Shown piece by piece: positions 27,087-35,747 of a stretch of DNA of 51,512 nucleotides (position 1 is the first letter of the stretch; each line of letters opens with the position of its first letter). Under the pieces are notes generated by a model. That model did not search any database. It was not told where the DNA came from and worked only from the letters and a program-made list of their open reading frames with translations. The translations under genes were made by a program, and so were the position numbers. This DNA is from a virus (Duplodnaviria; Caudoviricetes), in the IMG/VR virus record IMGVR_UViG_3300032318_001575, positions 1 through 51,512 of that record; one strand, 5' to 3'.

Positions 27087-28616
27087 CTACCTCACCGGAA
27101 AGAATTTTTGCTTGGACGCATCCCATCGCGCAGGACGCCCGTCTTTCATGGTGTAGACTTGGCCATCCCTCAATTGATCCCGCGGGACCGGCTTGTATTG
27201 TCCGCCCCCTTGGCTGCCAGAGGTTGGACTTTGAGCCTGCCCGGCTGCACCGCCAAGCTGATCGGGAGCTTGAGTTTCCGGTATCTGGAACCCGGGATAT
27301 TGCGAGCTGTTGTAATCCAAAATCTTCTTGGAAATATCGCGCGTTCGCTTCTTGCTTTCGTAGAGTTCCCGCAGCAATGGCTCAACCACGGCCGGGTTCT
27401 GAAGGGCCGTAACATCACCACCCAAGCGCTGCAGAATGCGCAGGGCGTCATATTCCGTCATGACGCCGCCGCCAACAACATCCTCGCGGAAAAGGCCGAG
27501 CAATCCCTGCAGCTGGCCTTTTGCCTCCATCAACCTTAGTTCTTCGGGTGTATATCTTGCAGGCACAGACCCTGATGAGAGAAGCGTCTTGACGTGGGAT
27601 GAGATTGTATCACTCCACCGCCTCAAGCCGATGTTTGCGCCTTTTACGGACTCAAAATACTTGTTCATCTGAACAAGGGCAGTATCTGCCTGAACGAAAG
27701 TTGTTATTTCCTTCCGGAATGCGGCAGGGGAAAGCATGCTGCCTTCAGAAACAGCGTTTTCAGGTATAGTAACAAGCTTGCCCTGGCTGTCCCTCATCAT
27801 CATGCCGCGACCGGGCACAAATTCAGTGAAGACACGCTTTCCGTCTACATAAATCCAATCACCCTTCTGCGTTTTTTCATTTCCGCCTCCAGCGCTTCCA
27901 CCGCCACCGCTACCACCACCACCGCCACCGCCACCGCCAGATGACTGCCAGCGCGGGTAACGATCACCGTAAGTCACCCAATCTCCACTCTCATCGTCCC
28001 AATACGCGCGCTGAGCGGTTCCGTCCGAATATTTCAGCTCAACGTCATCCGGCGCCTGACCCTTCCTTTTCCCGCGATCCTGCATGGCCGCCAACTTGTA
28101 CTTTAGCGCCATGTCTTGCAGATACGGATCGGGGCTCGACATCGCACTGGTCATCATCGTGTCGAAGTCGCCGCCGTCCTTCAATGACCCGAGGAAGAAA
28201 TCACGCCGGCGGCGCTGCAGCTCCGCCTCATCCTTCTCTGCCTTGTTCTGCACGTAGGCGCCGGCAATCTGGTTCACAGCGTTTGCCACCGCCTGCATCG
28301 GATGGTTCACCTCCATCTGCCGGCCCATCATGGCTTCTGCCAAACGCCGCCGGCGCTCGATGCTGTCGGCCGAAGGCCAGTCCTGCTCTGCGGGCGCATC
28401 CGGCTTTTTGGCGTCTGAGGGCGTGCTCCCAAACATTCCGCCCTTCTGCATGTCCTGCGGCGCAAAGATGGGCTGGGTGGCGTCTTGGGTCATGGGAGAC
28501 CCAACACCTCCAGGCATTGGCATCTGAGGCGCAGGCATGCCGCTGCCGTCATCGGCTTGCGGATAGCCAAAGAACGGGGCCGGACCCTGAAAGGGCTTTT
28601 GCCAACCTACTGCCAT
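27087..28616 (-). CDS. DNA-ejection (internal virion) protein
   Basis: 509 aa; SIERRRRLAEAMM motif, Gly linker; position in a P22 gp7/20/16-like block. Confidence 0.7.
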   Translation of the reverse strand: MAVGWQKPFQGPAPFFGYPQADDGSGMPAPQMPMPGGVGSPMTQDATQPIFAPQDMQKGGMFGSTPSDAKKPDAPAEQDWPSADSIERRRRLAEAMMGRQMEVNHPMQAVANAVNQIAGAYVQNKAEKDEAELQRRRRDFFLGSLKDGGDFDTMMTSAMSSPDPYLQDMALKYKLAAMQDRGKRKGQAPDDVELKYSDGTAQRAYWDDESGDWVTYGDRYPRWQSSGGGGGGGGGSGGGGSAGGGNEKTQKGDWIYVDGKRVFTEFVPGRGMMMRDSQGKLVTIPENAVSEGSMLSPAAFRKEITTFVQADTALVQMNKYFESVKGANIGLRRWSDTISSHVKTLLSSGSVPARYTPEELRLMEAKGQLQGLLGLFREDVVGGGVMTEYDALRILQRLGGDVTALQNPAVVEPLLRELYESKKRTRDISKKILDYNSSQYPGFQIPETQAPDQLGGAAGQAQSPTSGSQGGGQYKPVPRDQLRDGQVYTMKDGRPARWDASKQKFFPVR

Positions 28617-28630
28617 GTACAGATTGCCTC

Positions 28631-29188
28631 TTACATGCCACCGGAGCGGCGCAGGATTGCCTCAATCAGACGACGACGATCTTCGTCCGATACCGCGCCA
28701 GCACCCGCCATGTCCGCAGGGCGGCCTATGCCAGACATGGAGTCATTCACCGGGATGCCACGAGGGGGCCGACCGCCATGCTCGCGCGACGAGGGGAATG
28801 GCATGGGCTGCGCGTCTGGCCCTGAACCGGGGCGGGGTACTGGCATCGGGCCGATCGGGGGCCTTCCGCCATACCCGTCATTGGGTGTGTACGGCATTGG
28901 GTTGACAGGGATGGAACCAAGCTCGCGGATCCCTGTATCGCTTCCGGGCATGAAGGGGCCGGACTGGAAATCTGGCATGGGGCCGGAAAACGGCATGGGG
29001 CCAAACTGACTTCCAGGATTTGACACACCCTGCGGGCCTTCCGGTCCTGCGAAGGAGGGACCAATATTGGGGCCGGAGTTGGCACCGCCCTGCCCGCCCA
29101 TTGGGGGCATCATGCCGCCTTGGCCCTGCGGGTTGGAAAACATCTGGGCCATCAACTGGTTTTGCTGGTTGGGGTTGAAGAACGCCAT
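28631..29188 (-). CDS. Pro/Gly/Met-rich disordered protein
   Basis: Low-complexity ORF ending in the amphipathic helix DRRRLIEAILRR. Confidence 0.6.
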   Translation of the reverse strand: MAFFNPNQQNQLMAQMFSNPQGQGGMMPPMGGQGGANSGPNIGPSFAGPEGPQGVSNPGSQFGPMPFSGPMPDFQSGPFMPGSDTGIRELGSIPVNPMPYTPNDGYGGRPPIGPMPVPRPGSGPDAQPMPFPSSREHGGRPPRGIPVNDSMSGIGRPADMAGAGAVSDEDRRRLIEAILRRSGGM

Positions 29189-29192
29189 GGGA

Positions 29193-29636
29193 TCAAGGCC
29201 TCCTTGGCCTGTTGTTGAATGGTGACTGGGGCTGACCCATGGGGCGGATGCCTTGGGGCGGCCGATAGGTGTTCATCTGCGGGCGCTGACCCTGCGTGCG
29301 GTTCATGATAGCGTTGACGAGCGCGCCGCGGCCTTGAGGAAGGTTTCCCGTGGGGCCGGGATTTATCTGCGGCGCTCCCGTCTGGGGCTTCGGCATCATG
29401 GGATTTGCAGGGCTTACCGCAGGCGGCATGCCGGGATTGATCTGGGGGATGTCAATCTGGGGCTTTGGCATACCCGGATTGATCTGCGGGATGTCGCCCA
29501 TCGGCTTGGGCATGCCCGGATTGATTTGAGGCATGTTGGGCATGGGCTTGGGGATCGCCCCCGGACCAACCTGCTCAAACCCAGGCATGGTCTGTGATGG
29601 TGGGTACTGCTGCAGGAATGGATATGCGGGCGTCAT
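29193..29636 (-). CDS. Pro/Gln/Met-rich repeat protein
   Basis: Four PQINPG repeats; GAGG RBS; RGALVNAIMNR helix. Confidence 0.65.
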   Translation of the reverse strand: MTPAYPFLQQYPPSQTMPGFEQVGPGAIPKPMPNMPQINPGMPKPMGDIPQINPGMPKPQIDIPQINPGMPPAVSPANPMMPKPQTGAPQINPGPTGNLPQGRGALVNAIMNRTQGQRPQMNTYRPPQGIRPMGQPQSPFNNRPRRP

Positions 29637-29637
29637 T

Positions 29638-29916
29638 TTACCTCTCGTATGTATTCAGGACCGAACGGATCAGTCGTTCGCGTTCAGGCGTGATAATGTC
29701 CGCCCCCGGGAGTACAGGTCCGAGGGGCGTAACGGGTGGCAATGTTGGTTGTGTTGGCTGTGTTGTGAGTGTCGTGCCGGGTGGTGATTGCGGCGGAGGG
29801 GGCGGCGCTGTTGGCGTTTGGGGCTGCTGCGGTATTTGCATCATCCCCGCCGTTGGATACGTCTGAAACTGAGGCTGCGCCGTGATCCCGTGATATGAGC
29901 CTGAGATCTTGGGCAT
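29638..29916 (-). CDS. Pro/Gln/Thr-rich disordered protein
   Basis: Low complexity, ends ERERLIRSVLNTYER. Confidence 0.6.
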   Translation of the reverse strand: MPKISGSYHGITAQPQFQTYPTAGMMQIPQQPQTPTAPPPPPQSPPGTTLTTQPTQPTLPPVTPLGPVLPGADIITPERERLIRSVLNTYER

Positions 29917-30018
29917 TTATCTCCGCGCCTCCATGCGCTTTACCTTGCGTGCAAGTTGCTGTGTTGCGGCCATGTTGATGCCAACCGCATCAACGACGGG
30001 AATGGATCGCCCGTCTCC
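29917..30018 (-). pseudogene. Orphan diverged copy of the 3' end of the 30340-31659 gene
   Basis: Reads GDGRSIPVVDAVGINMAATQQLARKVKRMEARR* versus GNGTTIPTVDAFGVNMAATQQLARKVRKLERKVA*; no start at its 5' end. Confidence 0.85.
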
Positions 30019-30028
30019 AACTTATCCA

Positions 30029-30340
30029 TTATTTGCGCCTCTTCTTGCTTCTTTCACGCGCCCTGTGTTCTGCGATTGTGGTCCCAGCAGTAGCGCCGCC
30101 AGCCATGCCGCCAATGGGTAGCATGATCATGTTTTCATCTCTTGGGGCGTAGCCACGGACTTTCTTTATTCCTTTGCCGAGATACTTTGCTGCGACGCCG
30201 CCAAGAGCCATGCCACCGGCCAGCCCCCCAAGGCCAAGGCCGAGGTGCTCTGCGCCCCATTGCAGATCTTTTGAATTGCTGTCTTCGAGCGACTTTTCGA
30301 TTGCCTTGCGGACGCCGTTTCTATCTTTATTGTCAGCCAT
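30029..30340 (-). CDS. Glycine-zipper accessory protein (paralog family)
   Basis: IEKSLED, GLGLGGLAGGMALGG, basic linker, second Gly zipper, ends KKRRK; TAATG-coupled. Confidence 0.75.
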   Translation of the reverse strand: MADNKDRNGVRKAIEKSLEDSNSKDLQWGAEHLGLGLGGLAGGMALGGVAAKYLGKGIKKVRGYAPRDENMIMLPIGGMAGGATAGTTIAEHRARERSKKRRK

Positions 30341-31659
30341 TACGCCACCTTCCTTTCAAGCTTGCGGACCTTGCGCGCGAGCTGCTGCGTCGCGGCCATG
30401 TTCACGCCGAATGCATCCACTGTCGGGATCGTCGTGCCGTTGCCGAGCCCGAAGAATCCCTTGAAGTCCTGAGCCATGGGCCCAACATGCCGCGCGCCAT
30501 TGTCACCGGGAACGGCGCCCGCCTTGTACTGCCATGATTTGATCGGGATCTTCTCCATCCGGTTCAGGATCGTATCCGCCGGACGGACGTTCTGCTTCAT
30601 GTTCTTGTCAGATTGAATCCAAGCCGCGCCCAGCGAGCCAACAATGTTGCCAATACCAGACCACATGGAATTGCTCTGCTGCTGACGCTGGTTATAGGCG
30701 TTGAGCTGCGAATTATACGAGTTCCAGATGTTCCCCTGAACGTCCGGAGCCTGAACACCCTGCTGGTAGATGTTTCCGCCCTGAACAGTCGGGGTTCGCG
30801 GTGAAGCACCGAGAAGAGTAGCAACCCCCTGCGCCGGTGCGTTGTACTGCAACAGAGCCTCATTCGTCATCGCTTGGCGTGCCTGCTGCGCAAGTTGCGC
30901 GTTCTGCAGCTCTTCCGAGATAATTCCCTGCCGCGCCTGCTGAGAAATCTGACCCTGCTGGAGCTGCTCCGCAATCGCCCTCTGCCTTGCGTCTGTACCG
31001 AGGCCGTACATCCTCGATTGCTCTTGCGCGCCGGCAGCAAGCGCATCCGCCGCAATCCGGCCCATCTGCTCGCCCTGAGACCTCCCGAGCCGGTCCATCT
31101 CCGTGTTGTATGCCTCGCCCGTGATGGGGAGGCCGCGGTCTGCCAGCATCTGCCGTGTATCCCTCGCTTGCTGGTCAAACTCCGGACGCATCAGGCTCAT
31201 GCCGCGATTGAACATCGCCTGCTCGTAAGTGTTCCTGTCTGCAGAGAAATCACCCGTTCCGGGTGCGTTGGGGACATTGGAGAGGTTAAGCCCACGCATG
31301 TAGTCAGGGGCGCCCTCCAGGTCGAGGCCCGTTGTGTACCCGGGGAGATTTGTTGGCAGACCAAACGGGCCAGTGGGAACGGATCCTGCAAGCTGCGCGG
31401 CTGCGTTTGATAGCGTACCCTGAAGCTGGGTCTGCGCATCAAACGCCGCCTGCTGCGCCGGCGACAAAGACACGCGCTGCGCAATCGGAACGCCCTCTTC
31501 ATCCTTGTCGAAGGTGATGTTCCCATAGGGCGAAAACTGGGAAAGGTTGTTCAGGATTGAACTTTGCTTTGCGGCCTTGATGTAGGCATCCGCCTGCGCC
31601 TGGCTTGTCTTGATCGGATCCGGCGCCGCTGGCGCGCTGCCTCCGCCACCCTTTCCCAT
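30340..31659 (-). CDS. DNA pilot/ejection protein with C-terminal peptidase S74-like intramolecular chaperone
   Basis: MGKGGGGSAPAAPDP start, Gln-rich coils, then QSDKNMKQN...W.YK...HVGPMAQD. Confidence 0.75.
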   Translation of the reverse strand: MGKGGGGSAPAAPDPIKTSQAQADAYIKAAKQSSILNNLSQFSPYGNITFDKDEEGVPIAQRVSLSPAQQAAFDAQTQLQGTLSNAAAQLAGSVPTGPFGLPTNLPGYTTGLDLEGAPDYMRGLNLSNVPNAPGTGDFSADRNTYEQAMFNRGMSLMRPEFDQQARDTRQMLADRGLPITGEAYNTEMDRLGRSQGEQMGRIAADALAAGAQEQSRMYGLGTDARQRAIAEQLQQGQISQQARQGIISEELQNAQLAQQARQAMTNEALLQYNAPAQGVATLLGASPRTPTVQGGNIYQQGVQAPDVQGNIWNSYNSQLNAYNQRQQQSNSMWSGIGNIVGSLGAAWIQSDKNMKQNVRPADTILNRMEKIPIKSWQYKAGAVPGDNGARHVGPMAQDFKGFFGLGNGTTIPTVDAFGVNMAATQQLARKVRKLERKVA

Positions 31660-31696
31660 ATGCTTCTCCCGTTTCTTTCAGGTTGTTTACTGTTGA

Positions 31697-32128
31697 TTAC
31701 TTGCGGCGCTTTTCATTTTTTCCCTGCCGCGTGGGAGCAAAATCCTGCGACATGTGACCGGCAGTATTTCCAATTACAGCTCCAACAGGCATTTTTATCA
31801 GCATTCTTCCGGCAATGTTTGTGCCGCCCATTCGATGAAGGCGCTCCATTTCTTTTTCAAGATTATACATCTCAGTTCCAGCCTTTGGCGTCAGGCCCTT
31901 GATTTGATTTCTTGAACGCAACTCATCCCATTTCTTCTCAACTGTCTTGAGCCGCCGCGATATTTTCTTTAGCTCCTTCGAACCTATTCTGGCACCGGCC
32001 AACCCGCCGATAATCGTTCCGATGACTGGAGCGTAATCCAGTGCCTTTTCGAAGATGTCACGCGTGTCCTCTTCTGGACCAGCGTCATCTTCCATTTCAA
32101 GTTCCGCTTCCGTCTTCTTGTCAGCCAT
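31697..32128 (-). CDS. Glycine-zipper accessory protein (paralog family)
   Basis: Acidic N-terminus, DIFEKALD, IGTIIGGLAGARIG, basic linker, second zipper, ends EKRRK. Confidence 0.75.
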   Translation of the reverse strand: MADKKTEAELEMEDDAGPEEDTRDIFEKALDYAPVIGTIIGGLAGARIGSKELKKISRRLKTVEKKWDELRSRNQIKGLTPKAGTEMYNLEKEMERLHRMGGTNIAGRMLIKMPVGAVIGNTAGHMSQDFAPTRQGKNEKRRK

Positions 32129-32675
32129 TATGATCTTCCTTTATCCACCTACACTCATCACGCATCATCCCGAGAATGAACGCGTCATTCTTTCCATCGT
32201 ATGCCTTGCGCACGCGACCCTCTATCTTGAACCCAAGGCCAAGGTTCAATTTCAGAGCACGCGGATTGTTTTCGCCAATGATCAAGGTCATTCGCTCCAA
32301 GCCCTGCTGCACGAACGGATAGTGGAACAGAGCACTTACAATCCCCCTCCGGCACCACCGCGGGCTTGAGGCCGCAAATGTCAACTCGCAATCAAACTTG
32401 CGCCAGCGGTGGTAGATAGCACCGGCAATAAGGGCTCCTGATGGTCCTGCAATTCCAATGGTTGTGAACCGCCCAAACTCGTCAATGGTGATCGGATGTG
32501 GCAGCTGGCCGATCACGAAATCGGCAACATCCTGGTCCTCGTCAAATACAAACCTTAAACCAGACCTGCGGGCTTCATGACCATCGCCGATGACCTCCAG
32601 CTCACGCCTTGGCTGGTCAACGAGACGCGCAATCTCATCGAAGCTGAGTAGCCCAACCCGTTCACCCCTTGCCAT
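32121..32675 (-). CDS. GNAT-family acetyltransferase (start uncertain)
   Basis: FHYPF.Q.GL.R....I...N.RALKL...LGF.IEG..RKA; usual position between nozzle and pilot genes. Confidence 0.75.
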   Translation of the reverse strand: MARGERVGLLSFDEIARLVDQPRRELEVIGDGHEARRSGLRFVFDEDQDVADFVIGQLPHPITIDEFGRFTTIGIAGPSGALIAGAIYHRWRKFDCELTFAASSPRWCRRGIVSALFHYPFVQQGLERMTLIIGENNPRALKLNLGLGFKIEGRVRKAYDGKNDAFILGMMRDECRWIKEDHNG

Positions 32676-34093
32676 CCCCTTATTGCCTGCGTGGCTCCGC
32701 CCCATGTGTCCAAATCCCATATTGCAACGTCCCATACCCCGCCCGTTGTCACAGCTGATGTTGAAACGGTTGAGGTTGGAACGGAAATGTCAAAGTCAGT
32801 GCCGATCGATACAAGCGCGCCTGGATCACTCACAGCCCCGAAGATAATCCGCGCCATGGTGAAGTTCTTGAGCCGATCCGAAGACCCGAAGTAATTCCAC
32901 GCAGTCTGGGCGTCCGCTACGATTGCTGTTCCGTTATCGGAAAACCCGTCATTGCACTTGTAGACCCTTCCATCCGTTCCGCCGGCGTAAAGGTCGTTCC
33001 CGAACAGGGCAAACACTGGGAAGTTCCATCCCGTGAACTTGCACCAGCTCTGCGTGTCGGTGTTCATCACGTGCTGGTCAAATTGCGCTGTCGATCGCGG
33101 TACATTGAAGATCAGCATTCGGCCGCGAGGGTAGAAGATAACCTGCCACCCTGCATTGTCCCGGTAAAGCCGCATGGCTTCAGACACTGCAAGGCTTATC
33201 TTGTCCGAGAGGTCAAGCGCCGATGGCTGAGACCTTCCAAAAGGCAATACCTTGGTCAGAGGTGTGTAAGCGCCATCGGTCATGGCTATGAGATCAGAAC
33301 CGAACCTTTGAAGGTTTGACCCCGTAATGGGCGGCCCAAGGAAGAATGTACCGATCCGGCTCCACGAATTTGCATTTCCAGGATCAGACCCCTGATAGAT
33401 GATAACCTCTCCAGACGACAGGAAGAAGGCAATGAGATCATCCCTCCCCTCTCCGCCGTCCGTTGTGATGGTCCCGATCTGTTGAAGCGTGCCGCCAAAG
33501 CTTCCCGTGTATTGCAGCGGAAACTTGGTCAACGTACCCGTAATTGATTGCAGGCCCGCGTACCAGAAGTTGAGCGTGTTCTTTTCAATGAAGAAAAGCC
33601 GCTCTTTGAATACAGTCACATCCGAAAGATTGGTGATGGTAAGGCCGGAACCCGTCCATGCCGTAGCCGATAGGCTGCTCCCGTTATAGTCTTGGGGCGC
33701 GTCCGTTCCGTTTACAAGAAACAATCGCTCCGCAAAGTTTACCCACTTCCACCTGTTGTTGGAGAAGCCGGTTCCAAGCGTGGAAGGCGTTGACGTGGAG
33801 ACGTTCAGGAGCTTGCCGTTGATACCCGCAATCAGGCGTCGGCTGGTCGCAGCCTTCCATTCAGCAAGGGTCTGGACACTATTGGCCCCCTCACCCGTAT
33901 TGCAGTGAAGGGTATAGCCACCCCTGACCGTCACATCGCTCTGCCGAGGAAACCAGTTTTCGAGAATTACGGCATCATATGGCTTCATGCTCTCCAGAGG
34001 ATCGCGCGCGTTCCAACCGCCCACCGGTGTGGGCAATGGCCTTTCAACAGCCGCAGGCCCCCTGTTGATCCGCCGGCCACGAACCTGCAACAT
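32555..34093 (-). CDS. Tail nozzle/hub (P22 gp10-like DNA stabilisation protein)
   Basis: 512-aa beta-propeller-like ORF starting LP.PVGGWNARD; follows the adaptor. Confidence 0.75.
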   Translation of the reverse strand: MLQVRGRRINRGPAAVERPLPTPVGGWNARDPLESMKPYDAVILENWFPRQSDVTVRGGYTLHCNTGEGANSVQTLAEWKAATSRRLIAGINGKLLNVSTSTPSTLGTGFSNNRWKWVNFAERLFLVNGTDAPQDYNGSSLSATAWTGSGLTITNLSDVTVFKERLFFIEKNTLNFWYAGLQSITGTLTKFPLQYTGSFGGTLQQIGTITTDGGEGRDDLIAFFLSSGEVIIYQGSDPGNANSWSRIGTFFLGPPITGSNLQRFGSDLIAMTDGAYTPLTKVLPFGRSQPSALDLSDKISLAVSEAMRLYRDNAGWQVIFYPRGRMLIFNVPRSTAQFDQHVMNTDTQSWCKFTGWNFPVFALFGNDLYAGGTDGRVYKCNDGFSDNGTAIVADAQTAWNYFGSSDRLKNFTMARIIFGAVSDPGALVSIGTDFDISVPTSTVSTSAVTTGGVWDVAIWDLDTWGGATQAIRGWQGVNGLGYSASMRLRVSLTSQGVSWRSSAMVMKPAGLV

Positions 34094-35376
34094 CAGCGCC
34101 TGCGCCCCTTGCCACTCAACGCGCGGTTAATGTCACCACGCACCGTGCCGTCACTGTTTGTTGGAGACATTGGGCGAAGGGGGATTTCCCGCGGTGGCCT
34201 GGCAGGGGCAAGCCTTGGCGCTATAATCGGGCGTGGATCTATGCCAGGGGCATCCATCGGCATCCGGTCCCTATCTTGAAGGGCCTTTGCATCAAGGCTT
34301 CTGGACTTTTTGGGCGCCTTCTTGGCTTTGTCGGATGAGCCAGTTATCCGCCTGAACAGCTCCTTACCCTTGCGATAGCCTCCAGAAACCAAATTCTTTG
34401 TGAGGTCCGCGGCACCGAGAAAAGCAGGGAAGGCTGCAACGCTTGCCGTCCAATAGGGATCAAACTGCTCCGCTCTCTGGAAGAGATCCCCATCCGCCTC
34501 CCCGAGCTGGTAGAGGCTTGCATCGGCTGCAGCCACCGGGGAAACGGTCGCCACCTCCTCAACAACCCGTCCAGTCGGAGACGTTGCCTTTGGCGTGAAC
34601 CCTGCCGCTTGCCGCGCACTGGAAAGCCCCCTCGCAGCCGCACCCTGCCCCGCCGCAAACACTGGCAAGGCAAGACCGGCACTCGCAACCCACTCCGGAA
34701 CCTGTGACCAGAGCGGCGTGTGCAGATTGTGGCGGTCCTTTACGCGGCGGGACTCGTCCAGAGCCTTGTCATAGGACTTTCCCTCGCCCAAGGCATCCAC
34801 CCCGGCGACAACCTCTTCCTCTGCTCCAAAAAGCGGCCAATTCAAGGCCCCGAGGATTGCCCCTTGGGCCATCTCCGAACCAGTGCGATCATCTTCCGCG
34901 CCATACACGCTCGGCATGGATCCCGTCATAACCTGCTCCTGCGCCTCTGTTGGCTGCAGGAACCAGCTCATGTCCGGATTGCCGTTGTTCTGGAATTTCT
35001 TCTGAGCGTAATCGTAAGAGCGGGAGTCATCATAATAAGGCTCATCAAGCCCGAAAAACTCCATGACCCTCGAGGTCGTCGATTGCGGATCCTGATCCGG
35101 ATTTTGTCGGTAGTATGACCTCCGCCGATCGGCAATGCTGTCCTGCGTGAATGGAAACAGTTGCTCAAGTTCACGATCATCCACGGAGCCAAGCTCCGCA
35201 AGGATTTTAGGGTCCGTCAACTCATCAGACGTAATTTCAAACCCTGCCTCACGCATCCGTCGCGCCAGATCCTCGCGTGCGGCCGGATCCGAAAACATCT
35301 GCTGCAGATCAGGACGCTGGGCATAGAACTGCCTTACCTGATCTGTGCGGCTCCGGTCTGTTGGCTTCCAGGGCAT
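34093..35376 (-). CDS. Ejection-protein-like accessory protein
   Basis: Segment similar to the N-terminal part of 24810-27083; C-terminal TVRGDINRAL motif and GKGRRR tail. Confidence 0.65.
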   Translation of the reverse strand: MPWKPTDRSRTDQVRQFYAQRPDLQQMFSDPAAREDLARRMREAGFEITSDELTDPKILAELGSVDDRELEQLFPFTQDSIADRRRSYYRQNPDQDPQSTTSRVMEFFGLDEPYYDDSRSYDYAQKKFQNNGNPDMSWFLQPTEAQEQVMTGSMPSVYGAEDDRTGSEMAQGAILGALNWPLFGAEEEVVAGVDALGEGKSYDKALDESRRVKDRHNLHTPLWSQVPEWVASAGLALPVFAAGQGAAARGLSSARQAAGFTPKATSPTGRVVEEVATVSPVAAADASLYQLGEADGDLFQRAEQFDPYWTASVAAFPAFLGAADLTKNLVSGGYRKGKELFRRITGSSDKAKKAPKKSRSLDAKALQDRDRMPMDAPGIDPRPIIAPRLAPARPPREIPLRPMSPTNSDGTVRGDINRALSGKGRRR

Positions 35377-35387
35377 GGACTGTCTTC

Positions 35388-35747
35388 CTAGCGCGGGATG
35401 TCATCGTAAGGACGGCGGATCCCTGGCATGGAGGGCCTTGGCGTTGTTCGTGGCCTACGGCTCTTTCCCTCTTGATACCCGCGCGTCATGTGCGACCCAT
35501 AAGGTGTGTCACCCCACTTGCGGATGAAATCAACAACCTCTGTCTCGCCTTCCCCGGTCTCTCCAGCGCGACGACCCCGCTCATACAAGGTCTTTGCATG
35601 CTGCATTGCCTGTTGGTCCGTCCAGTTTGGGTTGTAGCTATCCTCTTCACGAGGCTTTTGACGGGGCATTGGCACCGAGCGTTGGCCGGAAGCGTCAACT
35701 GTCGCTGCCGCCCTCTCAATGTCTGAGCGAATGGAGTTCCCTTGCAT
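35388..35747 (-). CDS. Hypothetical protein with N-terminal SIRSDIERA motif
   Basis: TGATG-coupled to the adaptor stop. Confidence 0.6.
   Translation of the reverse strand: MQGNSIRSDIERAAATVDASGQRSVPMPRQKPREEDSYNPNWTDQQAMQHAKTLYERGRRAGETGEGETEVVDFIRKWGDTPYGSHMTRGYQEGKSRRPRTTPRPSMPGIRRPYDDIPR

Noticed and set aside
29350-29550. CRISPR-like or non-coding repeat array
   Set aside because: Repeats are in-frame PQINPG codons with synonymous variation and no unique spacers; no cas genes
30029-30060. KKRRK-type tails as eukaryotic nuclear localisation signals
   Set aside because: Nothing links the phage to a eukaryotic context; DNA binding, membrane topology or packaging is more parsimonious
29917-30440. 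Diversity-generating retroelement TR/VR pair
   Set aside because: No reverse transcriptase in the genome and the differences between copies are not adenine-specific
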